From: Laetmonice hystrix
Taxonomy: Eukaryota
Reading direction: 5' to 3'
Length of the DNA: 64,000 nt
Assembly: GCA_965235115.1 (NCBI GenBank)
Contig: OZ249436.1
Coordinates: forward strand, 52,826,001-52,890,000
Shown: positions 1-13,560 of the stretch, piece by piece
How the letters are laid out: each line of letters begins with the position of its first letter
How positions within the stretch are numbered: the stretch's first letter is position 1
The notes under the pieces: generated by a model
What the model saw: only the letters and a program-made list of their open reading frames with translations
Told to the model about the DNA's origin: nothing
Database searches by the model: none
Position numbers and translations under genes: made by a program

Positions 1-14
1 TAGTGTTCCCGATG

Positions 15-714
15 AAACGGCATCCATATCCCCCATCACCCAAAAGGATACCTTCTATGTCCCCTCTTTCAAATTGAGCACATAATCGACTGTTATCAAA
101 GATTCGCGCATCATGTACACTGCCAGGCCATCGGGCAACAATATGTTCCATCTCCAGTTTCGGACCACATACAGCCTGGACATTGATCGAAAAGTAGCTT
201 TTGCGGTTTCGGAACAGTTCTGCATCCACCCCACCTGGACTGGTATTTTGATGTGAGTACAGTCGATGGCACCCACAACTCCAGGAAAACCGCCTAATCT
301 CCAGAAATCTACTTTAACTTTCCGAAGGTCTTGACCTTCGGGAAATCTAATGTAGTTTGGTTTCAGAGCAGCAATGGCATCAGATACACGTTTGATAATG
401 TGACTTGCAGATGGTTGTGATATGTCACAAAGATCTGCACAGGCCAATTGGAACGTGCCAGTGGCATAGAAACGAAGTGTAAGCAACAGCTGAACATCAG
501 AGGGAATTGGATTGCCTCGTTCATTATGTGGTGCTATCGACGGTGTTACTAATCCCCATAACTCCTGAAATGCAGCTTTGGTCAATCTGAACCGTCTCCG
601 GAACTCATCGTCTGTGTACTTGTCAACGTCAAAGTTATATTCTCTCCGCAAGTGACCGACATTTCTTTCCAATCTTGCAATGTTTTCCAACCTATTGAGC
701 CACATATACGCCAT
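15..714 (-). pseudogene. PIF/Harbinger (HARBI1-like, DDE_Tnp_4) transposase, frameshifted and truncated
   Basis: From ATG at 714: FRRRFRL, LLLTLRFYATG, ISQPSASHII, FPGVVGAIDCTHI. After a 1-nt frameshift near 240 it continues PGGVDAELFRNRKSYFSINVQAVC..IVARWPGSVHDARIF..GILLGDG, and a second shift near 30 restores GYGCR. Two catalytic Asp motifs (GAIDCTH, LLGD) are visible. Confidence 0.93.
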
Positions 715-930
715 TTTGGTGAATAAATGTTCACTTGAGTGAAGGCTGAGGGAGGTATACCACCCACTCAACCTTCACTCCAAAATAATGACTTGGGTAA
801 GTGTGAGTGAGGTCTCTGAAAGGTTCTAGTGTGAGGTAGATCTTTCACTCATTGAATGTTGAGGAACACTCATTGAGTTTCAAGTGATACTCAATGAGTG
901 TGAGTGTGAGTGAGCTTTCAGAATACGGGC
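15..930 (-). mobile_element. 5' part of a Harbinger DNA transposon including a probable terminus
   Basis: Transposase relic plus an upstream region rich in CTCACTC/GAGTGAG subterminal motifs. On the minus strand the end reads GCCCGTATTCTGAAAGCTCACTCAC at ~930, a Harbinger-like terminus. Confidence 0.65.
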
Positions 931-1051
931 GACATCTTGCTTACGCTTAAGCTTAAGCTTTCTGATTGGCTGATTGCCACACATTTAAGCTGCCTTGCTT
1001 AAACCGGTGACACTCTCCAATCAGTTGCATTAAGCTTTAAAGCAAGATGTC
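931..1051. mobile_element. small inverted-repeat (MITE-like) element
   Basis: GACATCTTGCTT (931-942) and AAGCAAGATGTC (1040-1051) are exact inverted repeats, with internal CTGATTGG/CCAATCAG symmetry. Confidence 0.5.
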
Positions 1052-1301
1052 TTAGTGAGAATGAGCTCATGCTCACCATTGATCAGCTCAGCTCACCCTT
1101 GCTCACGGTGGAAAAGTAAACAAAAAAAACCGGCCCCAGGTGTTTTGTTTTGTTTTGTGTAACATAATTGTGGGTATAGGCAGGTAGGACTAAAGTAACG
1201 GTAAAACCGTTAACTAATTATCTTTAGGCCTACCTTCATTCTGTTTAGGCTAATCTTAGATCAGTCATAATCCTCTCACTGTAGATCTATCTTTTACGAC
1301 T

Positions 1302-1303
<2 letters not shown>

Positions 1304-1358
<55 letters not shown>
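1304..1358. repeat. (CT)n microsatellite
   Basis: Pure CT dinucleotide run. Confidence 0.95.
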
Positions 1359-1361
<3 letters not shown>

Positions 1362-3189
1362 CAAAATTACTTTACAGTTCATTAATGGTGGTAGTTTTGA
1401 GGAGTCACGAATCTGCAGTCCTTGGGGAAATCCCTTGGTTCAATAGAAGCAGGAACGTTCGATGTTGGCTTGAAAGTGGTTCGGTCTGCCGGTGGCGGTG
1501 AGCGATAATAGGATAGCAATGACGGACTACTGTAATTGTCCCTCCACGGCGTGTTCTGTCTACCCAATCACGACAGCTTATTGGATTGTATGGGACTATA
1601 AACGTACGATAGGATGAATAATGTTCAGTGGAGGACGAAACCACCCACTGATTGTCAGAGGCAAGCAGAGTCCATATTCAATACCTGAGTTATGGAATTT
1701 CTGCAGTGATTTTGTTTTCCGGAAACTAGGTTAAACCTACACCATATTAAAATGAACCCAGAAAAAAAACCTTTAAGACTCTATTACGGAAAATTGGAGA
1801 AGAATAATGAGGGAGCTAAAAATATAGGTATACAAACATTTTTATATATTCTTAACAGTGATGAAAGTATCAAAAGGGATTTTAAATGATTTCTACCGAC
1901 CTCTAAGAGCCCTTAATTGGATTTTGATTGGTCTAAATACCTCAACGATTCTGTCAAAGTGTTTAATGAAAGGGCTGCAAGGAGTGCGTTATCCCCATAC
2001 AGCACATTAATATGTCTTCTACTTGTATGATTGAAGGAGTCAACGTATTTGCTATTGCTTCAATTATCCATACGTATCTGTTTATTACTTGGGTGCGCCA
2101 ACCCCCCCCCCCCCTCCTCCTTTCTTTTGCGGTAAAAAAGCGGCTGCCGATAAGCTAGGCTTCAATATCGATATCAATATCCGTTTCTTCATTATTGATT
2201 CTAAAAAAAGCCTACAAATATCCGTCAGGGTAAATATTGACCCTCTTTATTCCTTTGCAACAAGTGAATCATACTTTTAATGATAAAGCTGCTTTGACGC
2301 TCACTGTGAGTTTGTCTTGTTCAGATATTATGAAAACGCCTTCAATAAGCATGCAAGTGCTGCTGTAATGACGAGAAAGTTTCTTGGTGAGTTCTGAGAC
2401 GGCGGTCGTGTCAGACGAAATGACGCCGATTCCTTGGGAAGGCCGAGATAAGTTAATTACTTGGTTGAGTCTCCCAATTTTGCGAGCATGGGCCGTTTTA
2501 ATGTATTCCCCCATTTCCATATGGGAAAAAAGATCAATATGCCCCTTACCCCTACTGCGTGTCACTTTTTAAAACATAAATATGTTTATCAAAATCTATC
2601 AAAATATCTACCAAGCCACAAGAAAAATGTGACGTATGTTTTGATAGTTTGAGGTAATTTGGTGAAGTAGCCTGTCCTTCACACACTCACACGAGAGGGG
2701 CCGCGAACCAAAAACGAAAAGCATTGACTTTTCTTGGCCTAAACGTCGAGAGGGCGACTGGTGTCAGAAGCAGGAAGGCACCAGCTCCACGTATTGACTG
2801 GAAATCTGTGCTGTGGGACGTTGAAGATAAGATCACTCGGAGGTAATCTATGAGCTGTGATAGGAGACCTCTGATTACGACAAGGTCATGTTGCCTGGAG
2901 AACTTGATGTGATGAGGTGAAGGGTTAGGGTTGGCCCGTGGGACAGTCACAGATCAGGTCTGACCCACAAACTGACACTAAAAACCCTATGACCCACCAA
3001 GCGCACTGCACAGGGCCCGCAAATGGGCACTAGGGGAAAGTAAATCCAATAATTTGTCACTGCTGTCTAATATTCCTCCTGATGCAATGGAGATTGTTAA
3101 TTAAATGCGTATTTGTTTGTCTAAGGGGAGGCCCCCAGACGCCCTGTCGTATTTGGGGTTCAATATCGTACACGTATACCATGAGCAGG

Positions 3190-3318
3190 TTTGTCAATTA
3201 CCTGCTACAAGGGTGAAGGTCGGTGGTTTCTCCGGGTACTCCGGTTCCCTCCACCAGTAAATCTCGACCGCCTTGATATGACCCGCTCTTGCAAAGGCGT
3301 AAAACCCCAATACATATT
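3190..3318 (+). mobile_element. SINE fragment (central/3' domain)
   Basis: GGTCGGTGGTTTCTCCGGGTACTCCGGTTCCCTCCACCAGTAAA..GACCGCC..GATAT..GGCGTAAAACCCCAA resembles the conserved core and tail of widespread invertebrate tRNA-derived SINEs. Recognised from memory, not searched. Confidence 0.6.
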
Positions 3319-3834
3319 CGCGTTACTGCCCCCCCCCCCCCCATGGAACATGGAAATGTTTATGAAAATTATATGTGGTATTATAGTAGAACCAATGTGG
3401 AAAAGGGGAAATATCCTCGTGTCATTCGGCCCGACTTCATGTTGATAACCAGAATATACTAGGATACTAGGAATATACGTCCGTAGTAGTCGTGTACTGT
3501 ATGGCTTTGACCCGGACCATTATAATTATGTTCACGCTAGTGTAGACATATTTATCAACTTTAGGGCAACTTTTTATGGAATAATTGACGTGTAGTAATG
3601 ACTTTTGATGACTGATGTATCTCCAACTTGGGGAAGTCTCTGAGCGAAGTCTGTCTTTAAATGTAGCCTATAGTTAGTGATTTCGGTCTGGGGGCCAGAT
3701 TCATAGTGTCGGTCCCCCCGCGTACCATTACAATGTTGGTCATATACCCGGCATTTTATAATGTGCATTAATCGCAGTGCACTACCCACATGCGTATTTA
3801 AGGGGGGCATCGACCCCCCCCCCCCCCCCCCCCC

Positions 3835-4130
3835 GAAGTTGTCAATTACACGCACACATTCCTCACGCAGTATTGCTCCGATTCCCTTTGTTACGGTTGT
3901 CTTCAGCTGGTCAATTGTCTCAGGATTGTTCATATACACATTGTCTTTCAAGTAACCCCAGAGATAAAAATATGGGGGGGTTCAAGTCAGGTGAGTGTGC
4001 CGCCCACTCAATGTCACACCTCCTACTGATGAGCCTGTCCTCAAATCTCTCTTGCAGCCACTGTAGTGTCTTATTGGCAGTGTGGGGAGTTGCCCCATCT
4101 TGCTGGAGCCATTGTTCATCCCTTGTGTTA
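3835..4130 (-). pseudogene. Tc1/mariner superfamily DD41D (rosa/Visitor-type) transposase C-terminal fragment
   Basis: WLQQDGATPHTA...IEWAAHSPDLNPP, then a frameshift in the G-run at ~3974-3980, then YFYLWGYLKDNVYMNNPETIDQLK..ECVRVIDNF. There are 41 residues between the QD Asp and the third catalytic position, which is TAT (Tyr) instead of GAT. A possible terminus TACGGGTGCTC lies at ~4288. Confidence 0.88.
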
Positions 4131-7100
4131 ACTGAATATAATGGTATTTGCAAGACTTCATCTGGTGGGGGAACAATTCTCAGACAATTGACCTGAACAA
4201 ATTCTATGGAAAGTTACAGATTTTAGAAGGCTTAGGATGGGTTCTGTTTTTTGTTTGTTTTTTTTTTGGGGGGGGGGAGCACCCGTACTTGTATTATTAG
4301 GTTAGTTGATGGATATATTTAATGTGCCTCTAATATTAATGGTGTGTGCGACAATATTCTGACTGAGGCCCGGTACATAATATTGTACAGGCTACCATGA
4401 TTAAACCAGCCGTATTCCTTTAATATCTGTAAAGTGAATGCTTTCCTAATGGTCCATGAAAGTCCTTGTAGTTGTCAGGGTGACATCGACCAGTCTGAAG
4501 TCTGGGTCAAGTGTCAAGTGCAGAACCATGTCAGTCCATTTATAAGGCGTGCTGAGCAGTTGGCACATCGTAGTAGCTGATAAGGGGAGAAGTTCTTCTT
4601 ATTTCTATGGCCGTCTGTCGTGCATTTCCTGCTACATGGATGAACCAATGATGCCTTGAAGATGTACAGTGTTTAGAGCAGTAGGCTGTGCCGGGACGAT
4701 ATGTGAGTGGCGTACATGTACCCTTGAGAGCCAGTCGGGGCAATGAACAGTAACGCCATCCTGGTGCGGTAAAAGACCAGACGGTCAAGTGACATGCCAA
4801 CATCATTTATGTCCAGTGGAAAGAAGCCGCGCCGCTTAATAATAAGCATTTTTCAACACCCTTAAAAAAGTACCTGAGAGACTTCGTACATGTCCAAAAA
4901 AAACTCCTGCGGAGGCCCTCCCAAGAGGCTATTATCTCTAGCGACCAAGGAGCTGCCCTAGAGCTCAGTATGCAATCAGTTTGTTTCAACACGTTTTTAT
5001 TGCCTTCCCCGATGCAGTGGATAGTCTTCATGGTCTTGCTGTGGGTCTAGCACTGCATGGGTGTGTTGCAAAATACCCGGTTTCTCTCGAAGTCAAGAGA
5101 GAAGATCGACTAGGATCTACAATAACCATGATTTGAAAAAAAGAAGTGAGGTGAAACATTCGTGTCTTCCATTTTCGTTGAAGGTCAAAGAGAAAACACC
5201 GGAATTAAAACTGATTTTGAATGATTTGGTCTGACACCGAATCAGTGTCTGTTGTCTGAAATGGCGTTCTCTCTGACTCTGAGTTTGTTGAGAATGAAAT
5301 GACAGTGTCTGTTTCGGTGATGGGCCACAGGTGGACGGTGATGTCAAGGCAGAGTTCCAGACGTGGAGCCTGTATGGAGAATAACACTAACTCCTGTCCA
5401 CATGGATTATTAACGTACTCAGAAAGAGACCCTATGGGTGACGGTGGCCGGGGAGGCACACTCGGGGCACCTCGACCGGCAGATGAGACCAGGTCTTCCC
5501 ATCCACTCGCAAAGGTGGAGGGTATATTATTAGGAGAATGTATGCAGAATTAGGAGAATGTATGCAGCCAGGATGCAGACGAACGGCTTCGAACATCTTA
5601 CTTTATAACTAAATGACATTTTTGTCATGCAAGTGTGTTCTGAATGACAATTTGATCTCCAGACCAGCAAGCCACCACTCAATAGCTGGCACTTGTACAC
5701 AAATACAACATTATCGTGATAATGTAATTTATTAGATTTGGAAGGGGTTAGGTTGAGTGAGTGACTCGAACAGTTAGTTAGTAGTTTTTTGTAGAACTTG
5801 TGGAAAACTAACGCCATCCTCATGGCAGAAACAAGGTTAAGGAGCCACGACGCAGTGTAAAATATACATCCATCAATCAACCGTTAAAAATGCTACATTG
5901 ACATAACTACATTTTCTGATTGTGGCCCCAAAATTAGATGTACGTATCCTTCAATTTGACCCGAATTTGTTTCTGGAGTAGGGGGAGGCGAAAATCTATG
6001 TATGATGCTCCCCCTGGGCCACCAGGTTCATAGTCTGCCACCGTGTACAGACATGACGTAGGCCTATATCTATTCCATGACCCAGTTCATCCCTTAGTCA
6101 CTCAACGCAGGCCTCACTCATTCAGTCATTGGTTTAGGAAACCTTTGTAACGAGATTGATCATCTTTTTCCTCGATCTCCTAATAAGCTCTGAATGCATT
6201 AAGCATCGTTACGAATGCAAGATTGAAAACCTGCATGTATGGAAAAGAAATAAATGAATTATCGATTCTGTTCGAGCTGAATTGAAAGCCACAAGGACTT
6301 CCGTTTCTAAACGTGAAGAAAGGGTTGGTGCCGCATTTAGTCATTAATTCTGTTTAATTCTCTATAAAATATGAAGTTCCTTGTATGTAGACTATACGCG
6401 TAAAATATGTCAAAGACAATGTTCCAGCAGCATTGTTCTTTGCCAACAGATTACAAACTCAGATTCACATTCGAGTTCGGGATCATATTTGACGGCCTAC
6501 ATTAGATGATATATTTGTCATTAATGCTGTACAAATAAGTGATGGAACCTTAGAGTAATCGGGAGGAGATGATCACAGCTCTGAGAACAGATTGGTTGTC
6601 ACGCGGCCCGGATAGATGGCATGGCGAGTAGCCTGACAGGCAGTCACCACCGTCAGCAGTTCGACCGTGTAAGCGCTGCACGTCACATGCAAGTGTAGGG
6701 CAGGGACGGAAAAAATTGGATTTATTCATGCAAGCGGGAGTGCGTACCAGGAGGCCACTGCCGATAAACAGGGAAGTAGCAGGTACAGGCTCTGATTGGT
6801 ATCTGTCAGGTCTTCGGAACGACCTTGGCAGATAATGCTCAGCCTCATATTATGCTGAAACCAAGGATTATTAATAAATATATTTTTGTAGTAAATTTAA
6901 TATTATGATGCATGGGTTTACAAATTGGAAACCAGTGACATGGAAATAAGACATTATGGACATTTAATTAATTTTCAGTGTTTGCTAAAAATGCTGAATT
7001 ACTGGGGTTTTAGGAAATAAAAGCGTCCACAGCGCTGCGGTTACTATTGATGATCCGGCAGCTTTAGGCCTAACTTCGCTGAGGTATAGGCCATGATTCA

Positions 7101-7275
7101 GGACTACCAAATTTAGAAACGGGGCAAGAGGCCAGGCTTAATCTATACTGTCGAAGAAATGTGGAGAAATGCAAGACTATTTGTTGGACTGAACTTCAAC
7201 CTTCACACTTAACCAGTCGAAAGCGATTACAAGAAAACAAGACAATAACAAGAAACTGCCACAAGCTCGTCCTAA

Positions 7276-7430
7276 GCCCGGTTTCTAGTTCGTCATTTTA
7301 CCAATATTAAGACTGGAATTTTAAGACTGACTTGTGTTATGTCATTGGCTGACTTCATCTCAAGGACCAATCAGAAGCTCTGAAACAAAAGTTGAATCTT
7401 AAGACTCGGTTTGCAAACTAAAAACCGGGC
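7276..7430. mobile_element. Harbinger-like MITE
   Basis: TAA|GCCCGGTTT(C)TAGTT ... AACTA(A)AAACCGGGC|TTA: terminal inverted repeats with TWA flanks. Confidence 0.6.
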
Positions 7431-7471
7431 TTAGGGGTGTAGCCAGGATTTTCTGAGGTGGGGGGGGGGGA

Positions 7472-7698
7472 GCCGGGTTGCGAAATATTTTTTCCCAAAC
7501 AGGTTTGCCATGACGCTTGGAGTCAAATTGTTCGAAAAGGGTTAGAGTTAGGGTTAGAGTTAGGGATAGCATTGGTTATTAACTCTTATTAACACAGTTG
7601 AGAGCAGCTAGGCTATTTAAACAGTCACGCGCGTCCTACTCGGCATTTGATTGGACGAAATGCAAACCTGTTTGGGAAAAAAAAAATTCGCAGCCGGC
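7472..7698. mobile_element. foldback element with internal telomere-like (TTAGGG/TTAGAG) motifs
   Basis: ~37-bp imperfect inverted arms (GCCGGGTTGCGAA..TTCCCAAACAGGTTTGC / GCAAACCTGTTTGGGAA..TTCGCAGCCGGC) around GGGTTAGAGTTAGGGTTAGAGTTAGGG. Confidence 0.6.
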
Positions 7699-9345
7699 TT
7701 GGGGGGCAAGGCAAGGCCCCCCCCCCCCACACACACACACACACTACACCCCAGTAGTCATAGACCATATTTAAAAACAAAGTGGCAAATTTCTGTGTAA
7801 AGTACACCATCTTGAACTATTAGTCGATAGAGTCTAGCTTTGTTATTTCACAAACTTGTGTTTTTCCGCCAGTATATAAAACAGGAAGGTGTAGATATTT
7901 CTTGGAAAAATCCCAGACCTATGTAATTCGGACATCGCATGCAGCAGATTACCAAGGCCTTGGAAAAAATCAGTTTGTTTTTTGTATAATCCTGTGTGAT
8001 GCAGCTTAGAATTAAGATCTGCTGTAATCGAGAAACGGATTAGATAATAGTTGATCACTGCCTCAAGCCACGTCAGTTACCGTTGATATGCTTCTTAATA
8101 ATAGGATATACGGCGAAAGAAAATGTTAAGACATTTGATGCTATTGATGATACCCCACCAACATGGGGAGAATGAGTGGTTGTAATTATCAGGAGCCTGC
8201 ACTGTTAAATAATCAGTACATCACTAATACATCAGTTTCAGTACATCACTTACAACCTGTCGAGTCCGGTACCACTGTGCTAATGATAATAAATGGGCGA
8301 CTTCCTTCCGGTTGTCATACCCATCAAACATAGTAATCTGGTTAAAAGGACACTTATCTTTTAGATTGAAACGACAAAAAGTGTTAATTTTTTAATTTTT
8401 TTGACCGTATATGAAATTTATCCTTTTTAATGAGCGTTTCCATCAGATAGAGGATGAGCAAGCGGTAGAGAGTATTTTGGCTCGCTGTGAAAAGTACTGG
8501 GGTGTGGACAATCTAAGTGTATCATCTCATCAACCTATCGTTTAATTTTTGAAATAAAAATATGCCGATGGTTGTCTTGGATGTTTCTCCCGTGAACTGA
8601 GAAAGTCTCCCAGTAATTGTTATGAAGGGATAGGAAGTTTCTTACTCATCTGATCTTCAAAACTTGTTTAGCATTGGCCTGTCTATATTTATGGTAGATA
8701 GAGACAGAGTGTTCCATTCTGTCTCAATTACAGGAACCCTGCTCCCTGAGCTCAGAGACAGAATACAGCCCTGCCGTATCCCAAGCTTCCTCTCTGACGC
8801 GATTAACAGCATTATGATGTGTTTTTTCATGGGACCCAGGAGACAATATAGGCTGGGTGGTCTTTACCTCAATACCGTTCGTTTTTAGTTTCTTTCACTT
8901 TTTTCTTTACTCCTCATCAGCGCAATCTTCGCTGTGAGATAATTTAGTTCTCATCCCGTACTCTCTCAGCCTCCTCGGTACCTTAATGTGACTGAAAATT
9001 ATCAGGATGGTCGACCCTATCAAATTCCTGTGTGGTCGCCCATTACCAGAGTGGCCTGGCCGGTCCCTCTGGGCGCTCTCGTAGCAGTTGGTAATCGCTC
9101 ACGGTTAATCGGCTTACAGCAACCTGCTGGATAATCTCAACCCACGGCCAGGAGACCTTGGGTTTGGTAAGCAATACCTCAACGTTCTAATGAGAACTTG
9201 GTTTCTTCTAGAGGTATAACTTTATGGTACATGTACATCATTTACTATATGAAGATTCTCTGCTTTCTCAAGCTTAACCTAAAACTTTAAGGTGGAAATC
9301 AATAGTAAAGTTGTATGCACGAATGTTTGATGTAGCCCGAGCATA

Positions 9346-9585
9346 AACGATCTTGGTAAGCACTTGTTTGTACCATCACCTTAATAAATCCAGGCCTATA
9401 TTGTCCAGTTACCACGGTCTTGGTTGCTGTAACGATCTTGGTAGGCACTTGTTTGTACCATCTCCTCAATAAATCCAGGCCTATATTGTCCAGTTACCAC
9501 GGTCTTGGTTGCTGTAACGATCTTGGTAGGCACTTGTTTGTACCTTCACCTCAACAAATCCAGGCATATTGTCCAGTTACCACGG
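9346..9585. repeat. ~85-bp tandem repeat, ~3 copies
   Basis: AACGATCTTGGTAGGCACTTGTTTGTACC...TTGTCCAGTTACCACGG recurs at ~9346, ~9431 and ~9516. Confidence 0.9.
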
Positions 9586-10922
9586 AACATTTTCCATCAG
9601 TTTTAGTGATCATTAATTTGCATTTAATGGAATGTTTATGTCTGCATTCGATATTGGCGATGTGGCTGGCGAGCAGCTATAAACAAACGCCTAACAGCTT
9701 ACATAATGTTACAGTAATTCAACAGATTTCCATGCGGCGCCAGGCTGCCTTAGTTACCATACACAACTCCAACTGTCAGGGACTATTGGCATGGCATAAA
9801 TTCCCATCTTGTCACGAACGCGACGAAAAATAACAAGCTGCAGATCCATACCCGGGAATTGATGGCGTCTAATAGCCTAAACGGTTGGAATTCTGTACAT
9901 GCATGGCAAACATCTGAATATTAGTCATGTTGCTTCTGGTCTGAAAGGCAATCACAGATAACGGCATTAATTACCAAGACACGTTACTACATGGGACGAT
10001 GACATAATCTGCGTTATACCCCTACATATATGTTTCCCGTTACATATATTGTTCACCCTAAATGATGCCGGACAAGGAGCTATATGGATGCCAATGGTAG
10101 AGTGGTTTCCGACTGGGCCACCTGGGGTAAGACATGTAAAAGCTCTCAAATACTGACGGAGAATTACTTTCAGATACTACCACAAAACAGCAGCCCCCTA
10201 CCCCCCCCCCCCCCCCCCCAAAAAAAAAAAAAAAAAATCAAATAAAAAGTCAGTAAAATCGAATTCGAAAGTGCAAGCATGGTTGTATTTGCAAGGGAGG
10301 ATTATTGGCCATGGAGGTGTGGCGGGCCGGCGGCCTTCCATTCACGGCAACTTCACTTTAATCTTTTGAAGTTGCACTCAACTAATTCGACGCCCTCCTT
10401 CTCAAGCACCTCAGTTGACCTCAACATGCATGGACAGCTTTTTGATCTTACGTCGGGTGGCATCCCCATTGGTTTGGAAAGAACGTCATAACTCAGTCAT
10501 TGTCTGAAAAACTGGGGTCTTTCCTGACATTATGGTCCAACAAGCTGGTGTTTGGCTTTGACCGTTGTTGAAAAGGCTTCTTTTTTACACCCAGAAACAG
10601 TAGAATGGGGATCTTAGGTCGACCTGAGCCACTGTATATTCCTAGCGTAGAAAAGAAGTGTCATCTGGACGTAACATCTTGGCGCCTATCGGTTTATAAT
10701 GCCGCGAACAGACAGTAAACAAATAGCAGGAAAATGTCATTGGAACAGACGCTATTTATATAAGTTAGTCGTGAAGTACGTTTGGGTCCGACTAATCAAA
10801 TTATATGCAGCATTTGAAAGTATTATATAAGGGGCAGAACATCGGAGGCAAGCCCCCGGACCCCCCCCCCCGTTGCATTGTGACGATATAATGCCTAAGA
10901 AATACAAAGTAGGTTCATGCCG

Positions 10923-11158
10923 GTGTGCTGTACATGTGCTGTACAGTGTGCTGTACAGTGTGCTGTACAGTGTGCTGTACAGTGTGCTGTACATGTGCTG
11001 TACAGTGTGCTGTACAGTGTGCTGTACAGTGTGCTGTACAGTGTGCTGTACAGTGTGCTGTACAGTGTGATGTACAGTGTGATGTACAGTGTGATGTACA
11101 GTGTGATGTACAGTGTGATGTACAGTGTGATGTACAGTGTGATGTACAGTGTGATGTA
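10923..11158. repeat. 12-bp minisatellite GTGTG(C/A)TGTACA
   Basis: About 19 units. The C variant occupies the 5' block and the A variant the 3' block. Confidence 0.95.
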
Positions 11159-11677
11159 TGGCATCATACTAAAACCTACAGGTATTCTATTACCTCAGCA
11201 ATATTGAAGGTAGTCTCCTTCGGTCCTATATTGCCTACTTTTTAAGCCACCATCACTACGCTGTATGCATCATAATTATGTACAAAAACATTTGCAGCGA
11301 CGATATCTTAATTAACTTCTACTTTTTACCCCTGTGTACTCGAACGAAAGTGTTGTGATAGATGTGCATCATCTTTAAAAGGCGTTTTGTATTTATATGA
11401 AATTTTGTAGACCCCATTTACTTTGTATTCGTTAAGTGACGTTGTCGACAGCTTTTTCACCAGGCTTTTTGGACATATTGAAATATATGATATTTGAAAT
11501 AGCAAGTGCTATAGACAGCGTGGAGATGATGTGTGTATGGTCGGAATGATGGAGACCATTAGTGTTATCAGTGATTACGGTTGGTTGACTGAGTGTCATG
11601 TGTGGTTCCTTCGAATGGAGGGCCGCTGTCATGGCCTCAACCATCAGCCGGGTCTCTCGCCCAATCCACACGCCACC

Positions 11678-11975
11678 CCCATCATCCCTCCCGACTCCCC
11701 CACCATCCTCCATCTACCGAATCTACACGATATTCACCCACCCAATCAACCGGGTCTGAACCAATCAACAAGCCATCCCCATCATCCCTCCCGACTCCCC
11801 CACCATCCTCCATCTACCGAATCTACACGATATTCACCCACCCAATCAACCGGGTCTGAACCAATCAACAAGCCATCCCCATCATCCCTCCCGACTCCTC
11901 CACCATCCTCCATCTACCGAATCTACACGATATTCACCCACCCAATCAACCGGGTCTGAACCAATCAACACGCCA
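11678..11975. repeat. 99-bp tandem repeat, ~3 copies
   Basis: CCCATCATCCCTCCCGACTCC...CGGGTCTGAACCAATCAACA repeated at ~99-100-bp spacing. Confidence 0.92.
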
Positions 11976-12990
11976 TCCGATCACCCCCCTTACCCCATAA
12001 ACCGGATCTTAACCATTCATCCTACCATCCGTTTATGCCCATCAACAGCAGATCAGTATTTCAGGAGTCGTCAGAAATACGACAAAAATATATTTCTACG
12101 ACCTACAGCTTGTAAGGTTTTACAAGCTGCCATACACGTTCAGGGATAACCCGGCCGGAGGTATTTCAGTATTTTTACAATTGCTGCGATTTGTTTTCCA
12201 TTCACATTGAACATTTAGCCGTTGAAGTATATACTTTTATGACTTTGAAGTATATACTATAATAAAGGGCGCACGTCAAACCCGTACATCAGGGTTTTAT
12301 GTAACGGGCCCGTGACTTGATACGGAGATGTGAAAGGTCGGTTGATCCGGTTTGTGTATCGCTCAGTGCTGTACAATATCATCAATGGGTTTCAGGCTAT
12401 TCAGTCAACACTGCACATTAATCAAGTTTGCCTCTGGGAAATCTGTCTGGCTCTAGTCTGATAGTAAGCGTGTCATGCAATTAGCCGCAATATTGGTATA
12501 GGAAAAGTCACCTTTACTCGCTGTACTTATATTGTCACAACACGTATGGATCCCAGATTAATACGTCACACCGTTCAGGGTATTTTAGATAAAGGATGAT
12601 GTTGCAAGCTTGCCCGGGCAAGTGGCAGCTGTACAAAGATAACAGACACATAATTGGTTAATCTAATTATAATTTATTCATTTAATGCTGATATATAAAA
12701 ATAATTACTGGGTTGAACTGGCCTTCTGACCAGTCGCCACGCTGCCTATATTTTAAGAGGGGCGAGATGCTGTTGAGCGAAAATAAGCATAATGTAAAAA
12801 ATATTATTTTTACCATGTTACAAAAAGAGTATACAACGTTTTTAGCAAAGCGAGGAACTGTTATTCCACCGAGTGCCAGGGGATGATTATGAGGGTGGCG
12901 TTAAAAAGGAACCGTCCACCAGTATCCTTCCATGTATGTGCTTCTCGAAAAGAAAATTGGTAAGGGTTCTTTGCTATACCCACAGACACG

Positions 12991-13560
12991 GCTTCACATA
13001 CCAAAGTCTTAGATTGCCATGCTTCACATACCAAAGTCTTAGATTGCCATGCTTCACATACCAAAGTCTTGGATTACCATGCTTCACATACCAAAGTCTT
13101 GGATGGCCATGCTTCACATACCAAAGTCTTGGATGGCCATGCTTCACATACCAAAGACTTGGATGGCCATGCTTCACATACCAAAGACTTGGATTACCAT
13201 GCTTCACATACCAAAGTCTTGGATGGCCATGCTTCACATACCAAAGACTTGGATGGCCATGCTTCACATACCAAAGACTTGGATTACCATGCTTCACATA
13301 CCAAAGTCTTGGATTACCATGCTTCACATACCAAAGTCTTGGATTACCATGCTTCACATACCAAAGTCTTGGATTACCATGCTTCACATACCAAAGTCTT
13401 GGATTACCATGCTTCACATACCAAAGTCTTGGATGGCCATGCTTCACATACCAAAGTCTTGGATGGCCATGCTTCACATACCAAAGTCTTGGATGGCCAT
13501 GCTTTAAGCCAAAGTCTTTGATTGCCATGCTTCACATACCAAAGTCTTGGACTACCATGC
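12991..13560. repeat. 30-bp minisatellite GCTTCACATACCAAAG(T/A)CTTGGAT(GG/TA)CCAT
   Basis: 17 regular units (12991-13500) plus two degenerate units. This array generates the long repetitive ORFs in the track. Confidence 0.97.

Noticed and set aside
5205..5550. ~110-codon open stretch on the minus strand
   Set aside because: No ATG, no convincing acceptor and no recognisable family.
10752..11245. Cys-rich metallothionein-like ORFs (CCTV/CAVQ)
   Set aside because: These are translations of the 12-bp minisatellite.
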